Shown piece after piece: positions 1 to 10,208 of a stretch of 64,000 nt of DNA. The stretch covers positions 1,566 to 65,565 of IMG/VR virus record IMGVR_UViG_2888103098_000001; one strand, 5' to 3'. Both the position numbers and the translations under genes were made by a program. This DNA comes from a virus. The notes beneath the pieces were generated by a model. That model was not told the DNA's origin. It was given only the letters and a program-made list of their open reading frames with translations, and made no database searches. Position 1 is the first letter of the stretch. Every line of letters starts with the position of its first letter.

Positions 1-1737
1 CAGAGCCTGCATGATCTCCATGATCCGGCTCTTGCCCGAGTGCGCGACGCCGTAGAGGCAGATCGCGACCTGCACCTCGGTCATCTTGCCGAACAGGGTC
101 ATCGCCATGACCTCGCCGAGCGCGGTCACCTTCTCGGCGTAGTCCGGGTCGTCGCCCCAGTAGTCGTTCAGCATGCGCTGGAACCGGGTGCATTTGCCGG
201 CCAGCTCGGGCTTGTACGGGTAGGGCAGGGTGTAGGTCATCCCGTAGTCGGGATGGTGCTCCTTCAGCTCCAGCTCGTCCGTCAGGTAGCCGTTCACGAA
301 GTTGATGCCGGGCTCCAGGCGCTTCTTCAGCTCGCCCTTCTGCATGCCCCGGACGGTGCGCAGGATGCCCTGGTGATCGGACGCCCGGGTGGCCGCCTTG
401 TAGCTCCCGTACTCGTTGATGATGTGCTTGAGCACGTCACCCTCGTCCATCTTCTCCCAGGCAGATCCACGCCACTGCCATAGGGTATCCAGGTGGAAAC
501 GGATTTCCCCGCCCAGGTCTTCGAGGTCGCGCACCACGGCCTTGGCGATCTCGGCGTGGTCGCCGCCCGCGATCGGCCCGGCGCGCAGCTGCGCGAGCTG
601 GCGGCGCACCGACGCCACGCTCACCCGCCGGGCGGACACGGTGGCGATGTAGTTGAGGATCTGATCCTCCTCGATCGGCTCCAGGTTGGGGTTCGAGGCG
701 ATCCGGTTCAGGACCTGCTTGACCACCGAGGTGAACTGCTCGGGGCTGTCCTTCACGCCGGCCTTCTCGATGTGGGCGTTGAAGTAGGTCATGATCTGAC
801 CGTGGTCCCAGGTCTCGTTGTCCTTCGAGAAGGCATCGAGCCCCCAGGCCGCGCGCTGCTCGTCGGTCACGCCCTCGTCCCAGCCCTTCGGCAGCGCCCG
901 CGCCTTTGGCCCGGTCACGTCGCGGATCAGGAACTCAATCAGCTTCTGCGGCCCCTTCTCCGGCGCGATCACGTCGCCGTAGGTCTTCTGCATGAAGGTG
1001 CCCACCGCCAGCTCGATCTGGGCGCAGGCCTCCAGCAGGGTCTTCTCGCCCTTGATCACGTCTCGGGCGAATAGGCCGGCCATCGACACCAGGCGCGTGT
1101 CCCGGTTGCCGGTCGAGATGTAGTCGGTGACGGCGCCGAAGGCCGCCGAGCCGACCTGGAGCCCGGCCTGGCCGAGCGCGTCGCGCAGGATCTGCTCGAT
1201 GTTCGGCGGCAGTGAGCGGATGTCGGAGAGGCAGTCGACCAGGTCCTTGTTGGCCCGGTACGGCTGCTGCGTCTTCGGGTGGATCGAGGGCGGCAGCACG
1301 ATCTGCGAGCCGGCGCCGAGCATCTCGACCAGCGACTGCAGCTTGCCATCGGCATCCTTGTACTTGATGCGGATGATCGGCTGGCCGTCGTACTTGTAGA
1401 TGACGACGTAGCCCTTCTGGCCGATACGGCGCCAGGGCGACGGTGGCAGCACCTTCTGCAGGATGCCGAGCACCACGGGATCGTCCGTGTCCACGTCGAT
1501 CGCGACGAGCCCGCTCTCCGGCCCGAGCGGCAGACCGATGTTGCCGTCACGGTGGAACGCCTTCCACGACAGGCGCTCGGCCTCGTTCGGCATCCGGCTC
1601 TGAAGCGATTGCCACTTCATGATGACCGGCTTCTTGTCCCCTCGCTGGAGGGGCATCACTGGGAGCCCAGCGGCCCAATATCGGTCGCAGTTATCTGCGA
1701 AGATATTGGAAGTCTTAAAGTTGTCGTCCGGGGACAT
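1..1737 (-). CDS. Bifunctional primase-polymerase / SF3 (D5-like) helicase, 3' end beyond window
   Basis: Hand translation from ATG at 1737 (MSPDDNFKTSNIFADNCDRYWAAGLPVMPL...GNIGLPLGPESGLVAIDVDT...QIVLPPSIHP) is typical Prim-Pol. Walker A GVAHSGKS lies near the window edge. The frame is open to base 1, so the ORF track misses it. Confidence 0.85.
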   Translation of the reverse strand, partial: MSPDDNFKTSNIFADNCDRYWAAGLPVMPLQRGDKKPVIMKWQSLQSRMPNEAERLSWKAFHRDGNIGLPLGPESGLVAIDVDTDDPVVLGILQKVLPPSPWRRIGQKGYVVIYKYDGQPIIRIKYKDADGKLQSLVEMLGAGSQIVLPPSIHPKTQQPYRANKDLVDCLSDIRSLPPNIEQILRDALGQAGLQVGSAAFGAVTDYISTGNRDTRLVSMAGLFARDVIKGEKTLLEACAQIELAVGTFMQKTYGDVIAPEKGPQKLIEFLIRDVTGPKARALPKGWDEGVTDEQRAAWGLDAFSKDNETWDHGQIMTYFNAHIEKAGVKDSPEQFTSVVKQVLNRIASNPNLEPIEEDQILNYIATVSARRVSVASVRRQLAQLRAGPIAGGDHAEIAKAVVRDLEDLGGEIRFHLDTLWQWRGSAWEKMDEGDVLKHIINEYGSYKAATRASDHQGILRTVRGMQKGELKKRLEPGINFVNGYLTDELELKEHHPDYGMTYTLPYPYKPELAGKCTRFQRMLNDYWGDDPDYAEKVTALGEVMAMTLFGKMTEVQVAICLYGVAHSGKSRIMEIMQAL

Positions 1738-1749
1738 ACGGGGAAACCC

Positions 1750-1848
1750 TCAACTCGCGCACATAGAAAAGAGATCGAACAGTAGAGAGGCCGTCAGCAT
1801 TGCTATGCTGAGCCAAATCAACTGCCGTAGTTCGTCCGGCGTGGTCAT
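1750..1848 (-). CDS. Possible 32-aa hydrophobic peptide
   Basis: MTTPDELRQLIWLSIAMLTASLLFDLFSMCAS fills the gap between two minus-strand genes; no strong RBS. Confidence 0.3.
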   Translation of the reverse strand: MTTPDELRQLIWLSIAMLTASLLFDLFSMCAS

Positions 1849-1874
1849 TTTCGTACCGTGAATTTTGCTCAAAG

Positions 1875-2384
1875 CTACGCGCTGGCGCCGTTCAGCTTTT
1901 TCAAACGCTCCTTGAAATCGAGGCGCGCATCCTTGTCGAGGACCTGCTCCATCGTGTCGACCACGAGGCGCTGGAACTCGTACATCTGCTTGAGACCATG
2001 GGCCTTTTCCTGGAGCCCCAGGTAGCGATCCATGAGGGAGGAGTAGTTCTTCAGGAAGGTCAGGCGCTCGCCGACATCGTCGCTGCTGTCGAGGTCGCGC
2101 TGCAGGCGCTTCATCGAGTTCAGCGCCGCCTTCACCTCGACGATCAGGCTGTCCGCCTCCTCGTCCAGTGTGTCGCCCGGCTTGAAGATGGCGTCGACCG
2201 TATCGTCCTGGCCAGAGCGGGTGGACGTGACCAGCCGCCGCAGGAACCCCTTAAGCTGTTCGGGATACGGGCATTTCGCGTCGACCAGGAACCCCGGGTC
2301 GAAGTCCATTTGCTGCCGGATCGCCTCCAGGCTGAGCCCGAGGGTTTGCGGAAGGCTTGGGTAGATCCGATCTTCGTCCGACAT
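1875..2384 (-). CDS. Helical hypothetical protein, possible terminase small subunit
   Basis: ATG 2384 with GAGGA RBS; helical/coiled-coil protein; lies next to, but divergent from, terL. Confidence 0.45.
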   Translation of the reverse strand: MSDEDRIYPSLPQTLGLSLEAIRQQMDFDPGFLVDAKCPYPEQLKGFLRRLVTSTRSGQDDTVDAIFKPGDTLDEEADSLIVEVKAALNSMKRLQRDLDSSDDVGERLTFLKNYSSLMDRYLGLQEKAHGLKQMYEFQRLVVDTMEQVLDKDARLDFKERLKKLNGASA

Positions 2385-2541
2385 CGTTGGTCCTCTCGGG
2401 GCACCGGATATAGTGGGCACATTTCAGCATTTCTAGGCGGGCGATAGACCTCAATCAGTGTTGATGTAGTAAAATTGACACTAAAAACTTCATCGACCAC
2501 ACCCCACATATCTGAGATCTGAGATCATCTGGCCAACCTAA

Positions 2542-2907
2542 ATGTCTGATCATGCTGCGAAAAACGCACGGTACGAAAGTGACCGTGGGCCCTGGGTGAT
2601 CAAGCACCCGGATGCGACCCCGTTGGCACCGTGGTTCGTGGCGCTGATGCCGATTGATCTCGACGACCCCGCGAGCCCCGTCAACCCGGGGTTGGTCGCC
2701 GGCAGCGAGCGCGCCCAAGAGGCGCTGCAGTTCGCCCGGGAGATCGACGCGGTTCGCTATCGCCGGGCGTATCTCCACCCGGGCATCGCCTGGGTGATCG
2801 AGGCGGTGCCGCCCCGCGTCGGACCGCCGACCTGGGCCGAGGCCGAGCCTGACCCGCTGCTCGAAGCGCTCCAGGAGATGGAAGCCGAAGCGAGCCTACG
2901 GCCGTGA
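2542..2907 (+). CDS. Hypothetical phage protein
   Basis: ORF with GC-rich codon usage; GTGA overlap with the next gene; start uncertain. Confidence 0.55.
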   Translation: MSDHAAKNARYESDRGPWVIKHPDATPLAPWFVALMPIDLDDPASPVNPGLVAGSERAQEALQFAREIDAVRYRRAYLHPGIAWVIEAVPPRVGPPTWAEAEPDPLLEALQEMEAEASLRP

Positions 2908-3425
2908 AAGCCCACCCGCTCCCCGACGCCGACTACCTGCGCGCTCGCCTGGCCTACGACCCGGCGACCGGCGTGCTGACGTGGCGTGAGAACCCTGACG
3001 CCCCGCGCCACTGGAACTCGAAGCATGCCGGCAACCCGGCCGGGTATGCCGACGAACGCTACGTGTCGGTCCGCCTGGACGGACGGCTCTACCGTGCCCA
3101 CCAGATCATTTGGAAAATGCAGACGGGCGATGATGCCCCGATGGTCGATCATGAGGATACGGACGGGCTGAACAACCGTTGGGACAATCTGCGCCTGTCA
3201 ACCAAGTCGCAGAACATGGGAAACCATGCTGGTTGGAAGAAAAAGACACTACCTCGTGGTGTCTTCGCACACCAAGGACGCTTCAAAGTCCTGATCACGG
3301 CCAACAAGAAGCCGAAATACATCGGCATGTTTGGAACCGTGGAGGAAGCTGCCGAAGCGTACGCAAAGGCAGCTCGTGAACACTACGGGGAATTTTCCCA
3401 CACTTCCTTCGGAGCCAAGTCGTGA
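2904..3425 (+). CDS. HNH homing endonuclease with AP2-like C-terminal domain
   Basis: YRAHQIIW...VDHEDTDGLNNRWDNLR HNH motif, followed by GV...F...YIGMFGTVEEAAEAY AP2-type tail. Confidence 0.9.
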   Translation: MKAHPLPDADYLRARLAYDPATGVLTWRENPDAPRHWNSKHAGNPAGYADERYVSVRLDGRLYRAHQIIWKMQTGDDAPMVDHEDTDGLNNRWDNLRLSTKSQNMGNHAGWKKKTLPRGVFAHQGRFKVLITANKKPKYIGMFGTVEEAAEAYAKAAREHYGEFSHTSFGAKS

Positions 3426-5134
3426 ACCCCCACCTGACCGGCTTCATCGGCGGCTTAGACGAGCGCTTCCCCGACGACAGCACCAGCATGTCCATGTCGG
3501 AGTGGATCCAGAAGAACACCCGACTGCGGCAGCGCCCCTTCAGCTTCAAGGGCTTCGAGTTCCAGCGGCAGATCGTGGATGACCTGCACAATGATCTGAC
3601 GTGCATTAAGATGTCGCAGATCGGCCTCACAGAAGTACAGATGCGTAAATTTTTCGGCTTCCTGAAGCGGAACGTCGGAACGGCAGGTATTTTCTCCATG
3701 CCAACCCAGCCGATGCGCGATCGGCTGTCCCAGACCCGCATCAAAACGATGATCGAGGGGGAGCCAATCTTCAATGGCCCGATGGTCGCGAAGCCAGTAC
3801 GTCAAAAAGCTTTGTACCAGGTAGACGAGAGCTACGGCTACATCACCGGCACCACCGAGGGCGAGGCCACTTCAATCTCGGCCGACATCCTGTTCGAGGA
3901 CGAGGTGGATCTCGCCGACCAGAGCATGCGCTCGCTGTTCCAGTCGCGCCTCCAGGGCTCGCAGTGGAAGATCACCCAGCGGTTCAGCACTCCCACCTAC
4001 CTGGGCTATGGAATTGATGCCGCCTACCAGGCCTCGGACAAGCACGAGTACCCGATCCGCTGCGTCTGCGGTCACTGGCAAACGCCGATCTTCCACCCCC
4101 GCTTCCTCTGCCTGCCCGGCCTGAAGGGCGATCACGAGGACCTGTCCAAGCTCGGGCAGGACGAGGTCGACGCCATCGACATGGATGGCACCTTCGTGCG
4201 CTGCGAGAAGTGCTCCCGGCCGCTCGATCTGGCCGGCGGCCAGCGGGAGTGGGTGTCGGAATACCCGTCGCGCCGCGCGCGCGGCTACCGGGTCCGGCCG
4301 TTCTCGATCGCGACCATCACCATCCCGTACATCTTCCGCCAGCTGCTGGAGTACCAGCGGAAGGACAACCTGCGCGCCTGGTTCAACACCGTCATCGGCG
4401 AGGCCTTCAACGACAGCAACGCCCGGATCTCGGAGGAGGACCTGCTCGCGATCATGAACCCGCGCCAGGTCGATCCCGGCGAGCTGCAGACGAACGACCT
4501 GTTCCTGGGCTGCGACGTGGGCCAGACCTGTCACGTCGTGATCGGCAAGGCCAGTTCGATCCTGGAGTTCCACCAGGTCCAGCAGGCTGACATCGTCGAG
4601 TTCATCAAGGGCCGCGTCTCCACCCTCGGCATCGTCCAGGGTGGCATCGACATGTACCCCTACACCCCGACCGCCGAGGCGATCCGGGAAGCGACCAATG
4701 GCGTCGTCATGCCGATGGCCTACTCGACCTCGAAGACGGCTCCCCCGATCAAGGAGAGCTACGACGAGTTCGAGACAATCACCCACTACACGATCAACCG
4801 GACCAACGCCCTCGACCTGGTCGCGAAACAGTGCCGGAACCGGACCTGGCAGCTCGCCGGCTACGGCCCCTACGCCAGCCTGGTGAAGACCCACTTCCGC
4901 GACATGATCCGTATCGAGGCTCCCGACGAGCCGCCGGTCTGGAACAAGATCAACGGAGATGATCACTTCCTGCATGCCGCCGCGCTCCAGCAAACCGCCG
5001 TCAGACTGCGTGCTGGAATAGAGTTCTCGGCCGATCAAAGAAGCAACGTTTTCTTCGGCGGCGGCTCTCGCTTGTTCATGCCGGCAGGTCGTCCCATATT
5101 TCGCGGAGCTGATCACGCCGGAGTTCTACGATAG
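3422..5134 (+). CDS. terL: Terminase large subunit
   Basis: KMSQIGLTE Walker-A-like motif, FEDEVD Walker B, FSTPT coupling motif, C-terminal DDHFLHA nuclease motif; directly upstream of portal. Confidence 0.88.
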   Translation: MNPHLTGFIGGLDERFPDDSTSMSMSEWIQKNTRLRQRPFSFKGFEFQRQIVDDLHNDLTCIKMSQIGLTEVQMRKFFGFLKRNVGTAGIFSMPTQPMRDRLSQTRIKTMIEGEPIFNGPMVAKPVRQKALYQVDESYGYITGTTEGEATSISADILFEDEVDLADQSMRSLFQSRLQGSQWKITQRFSTPTYLGYGIDAAYQASDKHEYPIRCVCGHWQTPIFHPRFLCLPGLKGDHEDLSKLGQDEVDAIDMDGTFVRCEKCSRPLDLAGGQREWVSEYPSRRARGYRVRPFSIATITIPYIFRQLLEYQRKDNLRAWFNTVIGEAFNDSNARISEEDLLAIMNPRQVDPGELQTNDLFLGCDVGQTCHVVIGKASSILEFHQVQQADIVEFIKGRVSTLGIVQGGIDMYPYTPTAEAIREATNGVVMPMAYSTSKTAPPIKESYDEFETITHYTINRTNALDLVAKQCRNRTWQLAGYGPYASLVKTHFRDMIRIEAPDEPPVWNKINGDDHFLHAAALQQTAVRLRAGIEFSADQRSNVFFGGGSRLFMPAGRPIFRGADHAGVLR

Positions 5135-6711
5135 TGGCCGACAACCTCTCCGGCAAACTGCTGTCCATCATCCCCTTCAAGAAGAAAGCGAAGGCGGGCG
5201 GCACGGCCATCACCGCGACCTACAATCCGACTGCGGCAGACCAGGTTCTGACCCAGCCGACCTATCGCGACCACCTGGACGACATCTTCACGTCGCGCCA
5301 GGCTGACAACAGCCAGACGCTGATGCGGTCGCTGATGCAGAACGACCCGGACGTGTCCGGGACGGTCAACGGCTACCTGACGCTCGCCGACACCCAGATG
5401 ATTGCCTACGTCGAGGACATCGACGGCAACGTGGACGCGGAGAAGAGCCGCGAGCTGCAGCAGCTGATCACCAAGCTGTCGAACCAGACCGACTTCACGC
5501 AGGGCTTCCAGCTGAAGCAGGGCCTGTACCGGCAGTGTGAAGAGCTGCGCTACATGCTGCTGATGCGGGGCGCGATCGGCGCCGAGCTGGTCTTCGACAA
5601 GGCCGGCCTGCCCGACGCCATCCGCAACGTCGACATGGCCGGCATCCGCTGGACCGAGAAGCAGCCCGGCCAGTACAAGCCCGGCCAGATCGTGGCCGGC
5701 CGCTCGGACCCGGTCCCCATCGACACGCCGGCCTTCATGGTCGGCTTCTATCGGCGCGACCCGACCAACATCTACACCGCGTCCCCGTTCGTCTCCGTGA
5801 TCAACACGGTGGCCGCCCGGCAGCAGGTCATCAACGACCTGTACCGGATCATGCGCGTGAACGGCTACCCGCGCATCGAGATCAAGGTGCTGGAGGAGAT
5901 CCTGCGCAAGAACATGCCGCCGGGCCTGAACGCCCCGGGGCAGGAGACCCAGCGCCAGGACTGGCTGAACGCGCGCTTCGCCGAGATCCAGACGGCCTTC
6001 GACAACCTGTCGGTCGACCAGTCCATCGTCCACTCGGACGCGATCGAGCTGAAGATCATCAACGACAAGGCCCCCGGCATGGCGGTCAACGTCGAACCGA
6101 TCATCAACGTCCTGAACGCCCAGAACCAGGCGGCGCTCAAGACGATGTCGACGATCCTCGGTCGTGGCTCCTCGGGCGTGAACACCGGCTCCGTGGAAGC
6201 ACGCCTGGCCGCGCTCTACGCCGACCAGCTCAACGAGCCCATCGCCGACCTGCTGAGCCGGATGTTCTCCTTCGTGCTGCAGCAGGGCGGCTATGCCGGC
6301 TTCGCCAAGGTCGAGTTCGACCCGGCCGAGCTGCGGCCCTGGACCGAGCTTGAGCCCCAGCTCACCCTCCGCTCGCAGCGGCTACGCCAGGACCTGTCGG
6401 ACGGGCTGATCACCGACATCGAGTACCACCTCTGGGTCTACAAGCGCCTGCCGCCTGATGGGACGCCCGAGCTGTCCGGCACCGGCTTCCTCACCCCGGC
6501 CGCGCCAGACGAGGGAACCGGCGCCGATGGCGCGTCCGGGTCCAGCACCCCGGTCAAGCCGGAGAGCGTGAGCCCGAAGACCGACAGCGTCGGCCGCGCA
6601 TCGAGCCCGGCCCGGACCCGCGCCACGGCCGGCGCCCGGAAGCAGACGCGCCGCCTCGTGAACACGCCGCTGGCCGCCGCAGCACTGGAGATGATCCGCT
6701 CCGCTTCCTAA
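5134..6711 (+). CDS. Portal protein
   Basis: 525 aa gene between terminase and protease; size and synteny. Confidence 0.8.
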   Translation: MADNLSGKLLSIIPFKKKAKAGGTAITATYNPTAADQVLTQPTYRDHLDDIFTSRQADNSQTLMRSLMQNDPDVSGTVNGYLTLADTQMIAYVEDIDGNVDAEKSRELQQLITKLSNQTDFTQGFQLKQGLYRQCEELRYMLLMRGAIGAELVFDKAGLPDAIRNVDMAGIRWTEKQPGQYKPGQIVAGRSDPVPIDTPAFMVGFYRRDPTNIYTASPFVSVINTVAARQQVINDLYRIMRVNGYPRIEIKVLEEILRKNMPPGLNAPGQETQRQDWLNARFAEIQTAFDNLSVDQSIVHSDAIELKIINDKAPGMAVNVEPIINVLNAQNQAALKTMSTILGRGSSGVNTGSVEARLAALYADQLNEPIADLLSRMFSFVLQQGGYAGFAKVEFDPAELRPWTELEPQLTLRSQRLRQDLSDGLITDIEYHLWVYKRLPPDGTPELSGTGFLTPAAPDEGTGADGASGSSTPVKPESVSPKTDSVGRASSPARTRATAGARKQTRRLVNTPLAAAALEMIRSAS

Positions 6712-6721
6712 AAGTTAGGAA
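6705..6721. promoter_or_regulatory. 17-bp dyad box TTCCTAAAAGTTAGGAA (class B) upstream of head genes
   Basis: Perfect 6-bp arms TTCCTA/TAGGAA; followed by sigma70-like TTGCAG-16-CTATCT starting near 6740. Confidence 0.55.
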
Positions 6722-6797
6722 TAATAAGAACTCGAATTGTTGCAGCATTGAGTGAGCATTCCTATCTGCTCGCAAGCAAAACAGCGGACTTCTCACA

Positions 6798-7961
6798 GTG
6801 AAGCAGCTACCCCTCAACGACGATCTCCGGGCAAAGCTCAAGGCAGCTGCGCCCGATACCGATCCCGAGAAGGTGGCTGTCTTCGAGGCGGCGGCGCTCT
6901 CGACCGCGCCGGTCCGCAAGAAGCACCCCGTCTACCAGGGCGCGGTGCATACGGTGAATTTCCTCGCCCAGATGCAGGGCGAGCTGACGAAGGAGAGCCG
7001 GCCCCTGCAGATCATGCATGGGTCGTCGGACGGGGACCAGCTGCCGATCGGGCGGGTGTTCCACGGCCAGATCTCCGAAGGAACGGGTGTCGACGGCGCG
7101 ACCGAGCTGCTGACCCTGTTCTGGATCGACAACGAGCACGAGAGCCTGATCGCCAAGGTCAACTCGGGCACCATCGACCAGGTGAGCGTCGCGATCCTGG
7201 GGAAGTCGGCCAAGTCCAACAAGACGGGCTTCGACTTCATGGGCCCGGACGCTGACCTGGAGAACATCTGGCTCGGGGTCGACGACAAGGGCAACAAGAT
7301 GGGCGTCGATGGCGCCCATGTCATCGTGGACGAGCTGGATGGCTGGTTCGAGATGAGCCTCGTCGGCCAGGGCGGCGCGCAGGGGGCCCGGATCAAGGGC
7401 AACCGGCTGCAGCTCTCCGCATCGGGTCAGGAAGTCCCCTCCCTGACCCTCGAACTTTCCACCGGGCCTGCGCCCACACCGACACCCACCCCGCCGGCCC
7501 CGGCGCCCCAGAAGGACATGTTCGACATGGACGCCACCTAGTTCGCCACCCTCATCGCTGAGCACGCCACGAAGCTCGCCAACGCCGAGGCCGCCAAGGC
7601 GACTGCCGAGGCCAGCGCCGCCGCGGAGAAGACCCGTGCCGATGCCCTGGCGACCGAGCTGACGGCCCTGAAGGGCTCCGACGCGGTGGCCAAGCTCACC
7701 GCCGCGGAGACCGAGCGCGACGCGCTCAAGACCCAGCTCTCGGCCGCCCAGGCGCTCCCGGGCAAGCTGCTCTCGCCGCTGTTCGCGATGATCGGCCAGC
7801 CGACCGCGACGCTCGACGAGGACGAGGGCAAGGCCGTCACCCAGGTGAACGGCGCGCTCGACAGCCTGAAGGCGCTGGGCGCCCGCCTCTCCGGCGGCCT
7901 CTCGCTCGGGTCGCAGCCGGTCAAGGCCGGCGGCAACTCGGCCTTCAAGCGCCGCGCCTAA
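6798..7961 (+). pseudogene. Prohead protease-scaffold gene interrupted by an in-frame TAG at 7539-7541
   Basis: ORFs 6798..7541 and 7686..7961 share a frame. The sequence reads MFDMDAT*FATLIAEHATKLANAEAAK through an Ala/Glu/Lys-rich coiled coil to TAA at 7961. Confidence 0.75.
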
Positions 7962-8000
7962 TCGCCGGCTCCACCCGATCCGAAACAGGAGACCACGGCG

Positions 8001-8429
8001 ATGTCCACGCCCTTCCACACCACCGTTCACGTCCACACCATCAAGAACGAGATGTTCAACCGGACCATGGCGTTCGCCAATCCGGGTGCTCTCTCGAAGG
8101 CCGACCTCGAAGGTCGTCTGGTGGAGCCGGATCCGGCCGTGCCGTGCGGCATGAAGCTGGTCGAGGCCGGCACCCCGATCGGCCCGCGCGTCGCCCGCAT
8201 CGACGTGTTCGAGAACCGCGGCCCCGGCGCGGGTGGCGTGATCACCGCCCAGTTCCGGTTCTCCGAGCTGGTCCCGATCCTCGACGGCGACGCCCTCGCG
8301 CAGGGTGACACCGCGGTGGGCGGTGGCAACGGCTTCGTGAAGAAGGGTGCCGCGGGTGACGCCGGTGCGTTCGTCGCCGAGGTCCTGACGATCAAGGGCG
8401 TGAAGTACGCCTCCGTCGTCAAGCTCTAA
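8001..8429 (+). CDS. Capsid decoration/cement protein (putative)
   Basis: 142 aa gene between scaffold and major capsid; GGAG RBS. Confidence 0.65.
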   Translation: MSTPFHTTVHVHTIKNEMFNRTMAFANPGALSKADLEGRLVEPDPAVPCGMKLVEAGTPIGPRVARIDVFENRGPGAGGVITAQFRFSELVPILDGDALAQGDTAVGGGNGFVKKGAAGDAGAFVAEVLTIKGVKYASVVKL

Positions 8430-8468
8430 GCTGACCTGGTCAGCGCCTGAACTACGCCCATAGCCGGC

Positions 8469-8483
8469 GGTACACTTCGTACC
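8469..8483. promoter_or_regulatory. Class A operator copy (13/15) inside a longer inverted repeat, 8463-8489
   Basis: GCCGGC-GGTACACTTCGTACC-GCCGGC. Confidence 0.7.
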
Positions 8484-8522
8484 GCCGGCCGGGGCGACAC
8501 GAATACCAGGTTCATCTTCAAC

Positions 8523-8537
8523 GGTACGTCTCGTACC
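8523..8537. promoter_or_regulatory. Class A operator copy (14/15) upstream of major capsid gene
   Basis: GGTACGTCTCGTACC. Confidence 0.75.
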
Positions 8538-8565
8538 ACCAACAGACCCCCGAGGAGTACGGGAC

Positions 8566-9780
8566 ATGGAACTGAAGCCGCTCACCACCCTGACCGCCAA
8601 CCGCAAGTCGCCCGAGGGGCTGCTCGCCGCGCTGGCCGTGCGGGACAACAAGCGTGCCAGCGGCGACGCCGGCCTGCAGCTCGTCAACGAGGCCCGTTCG
8701 TACGGCCTGGAGATGCGCGACTACCTGCGTCTGGCCATCGACCCGGCCGCCGCCGAGAAGCCCGAGCTGTACGAGGGCCTGAACGGCTACGAGAGCGCGC
8801 TGAAGTTCCTCAACCTGCCGGTCGGCAACGACTACGACAGCGGTGTGGTGCTCGACCTCGCCTCCGACACCTTCGAGTACAGCCCGGGCACCCGCGCGCT
8901 GTTCCCCGAGGTCGTGGACGACGTGGTCCGCTTCGCCTCGCGCCAGGTCGACTACGAGAACCTGGAGAGCCTGATCACGTCCACCCGGACGATCAACGGC
9001 GTCGAGATGATCTCGACCGTCGTGAACGACGAGAACGCCGACGACTTCAAGGTCTTCGGTCCGGTCTCCGAGTTCGGCCGGTTCCGCATCGGCTCCATCA
9101 AGACCAGCGAGACGCGGGTCAAGATGTGGAAGATCGGTGGCGGCTACCGCACCTCCTACGAGTTCCAGCGCCGCTCGCGCCTGGATCTGCTCACCCCGTA
9201 TGCCAACCGCATGCAGCGTGAGCTGAACCTCTCGAAGGTCGGTCTCGCCACGGGCTTGCTGATCAACGGCGACACGGTCAACGCCCCGGCCCACGTCGTG
9301 CGCCAGGACAGCTTCGACGATGCCAAGACGGTCGGCGTGTCCGAGATCGGCAAGATCTCGTACAAGCACCTCCTGAAGTGGTTCGTCGCCCGCGCCAAGG
9401 CCGGCGTGCCGATCGACACCGTCGTCGGCAACTGGGACGCCTACCTCGACTGGCTGTTCCTGTTCGCCCTCCCGGTGTCCGGCGCGGCCACCCGCACCGA
9501 CGCCGAGAACCTCGCGGCGACCGGCTTCCGCGTCGGCGGCGTGCCGATCCTGAACGGCCAGATCAACTTCGTGCTCTCGACCACGATGCCGGCCGGTCAG
9601 CTCCTGGGCTTCCGCAAGGGCGAGACCATGGAGCAGCTGATCGAGGCGGGGTCGCTGATCTCGGAGAGCGAGCGCGCGATCCAGACGCAGTCGATCACGT
9701 ACGTGAAGTCGGAAGTCTCCGGCTTCCGCCTGGTCTTCGGGGACACCCGTGAGATCTACGACTACGGCACCGCCAAGTAG
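8566..9780 (+). CDS. Major capsid protein
   Basis: 404 aa; very strong GC3 bias; GAGGAG RBS; position after scaffold and decoration genes. Confidence 0.82.
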   Translation: MELKPLTTLTANRKSPEGLLAALAVRDNKRASGDAGLQLVNEARSYGLEMRDYLRLAIDPAAAEKPELYEGLNGYESALKFLNLPVGNDYDSGVVLDLASDTFEYSPGTRALFPEVVDDVVRFASRQVDYENLESLITSTRTINGVEMISTVVNDENADDFKVFGPVSEFGRFRIGSIKTSETRVKMWKIGGGYRTSYEFQRRSRLDLLTPYANRMQRELNLSKVGLATGLLINGDTVNAPAHVVRQDSFDDAKTVGVSEIGKISYKHLLKWFVARAKAGVPIDTVVGNWDAYLDWLFLFALPVSGAATRTDAENLAATGFRVGGVPILNGQINFVLSTTMPAGQLLGFRKGETMEQLIEAGSLISESERAIQTQSITYVKSEVSGFRLVFGDTREIYDYGTAK

Positions 9781-9802
9781 TCCCTCCCGGGACTGAACCA
9801 CC

Positions 9803-9826
9803 GGCCCCCGGATCTTTCCGGGGGCC
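9803..9826 (+). terminator. GC hairpin after major capsid gene (no U-tract)
   Basis: GGCCCCCGGA-TCTT-TCCGGGGGCC. Confidence 0.45.
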
Positions 9827-9848
9827 CCTGCCGTAGGAGGCCACCACC

Positions 9849-10199
9849 ATGAAGATCCTGGTCGAGACGACCGGCGACTTCCAGCTCGTTCACACCGAGC
9901 TGAACGAGCACGTCCGCAGTCGCGGCAAGTCGGTCATCGAGAAGTCCCAGTGGGCGCAGGAGAAGGTCTCGATCGGCCAGCTCCTCGTGACGTTGCAGCT
10001 CAGCGATGAGGCGACCGATGCTGAATGGCTCGACACGCTCCGTGACAGCGACGGCGACGAGGCCCTGGCCCTGGCCAGCTTCGAGGACCGCTACCCGGTC
10101 GATGCCGACAGCGCCCGCCGGCCGGAGCCGGACCCGCTGCCGCCGACCACCGCCCAGGTGCCGCACAACCGCCGGGGCGCGCCGCATAAGCCGAAGTAG
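9849..10199 (+). CDS. Hypothetical virion-morphogenesis protein
   Basis: AGGAGG RBS; position in the head-neck block. Confidence 0.7.
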   Translation: MKILVETTGDFQLVHTELNEHVRSRGKSVIEKSQWAQEKVSIGQLLVTLQLSDEATDAEWLDTLRDSDGDEALALASFEDRYPVDADSARRPEPDPLPPTTAQVPHNRRGAPHKPK

Positions 10200-10208
10200 G
10201 GTCGAGCT

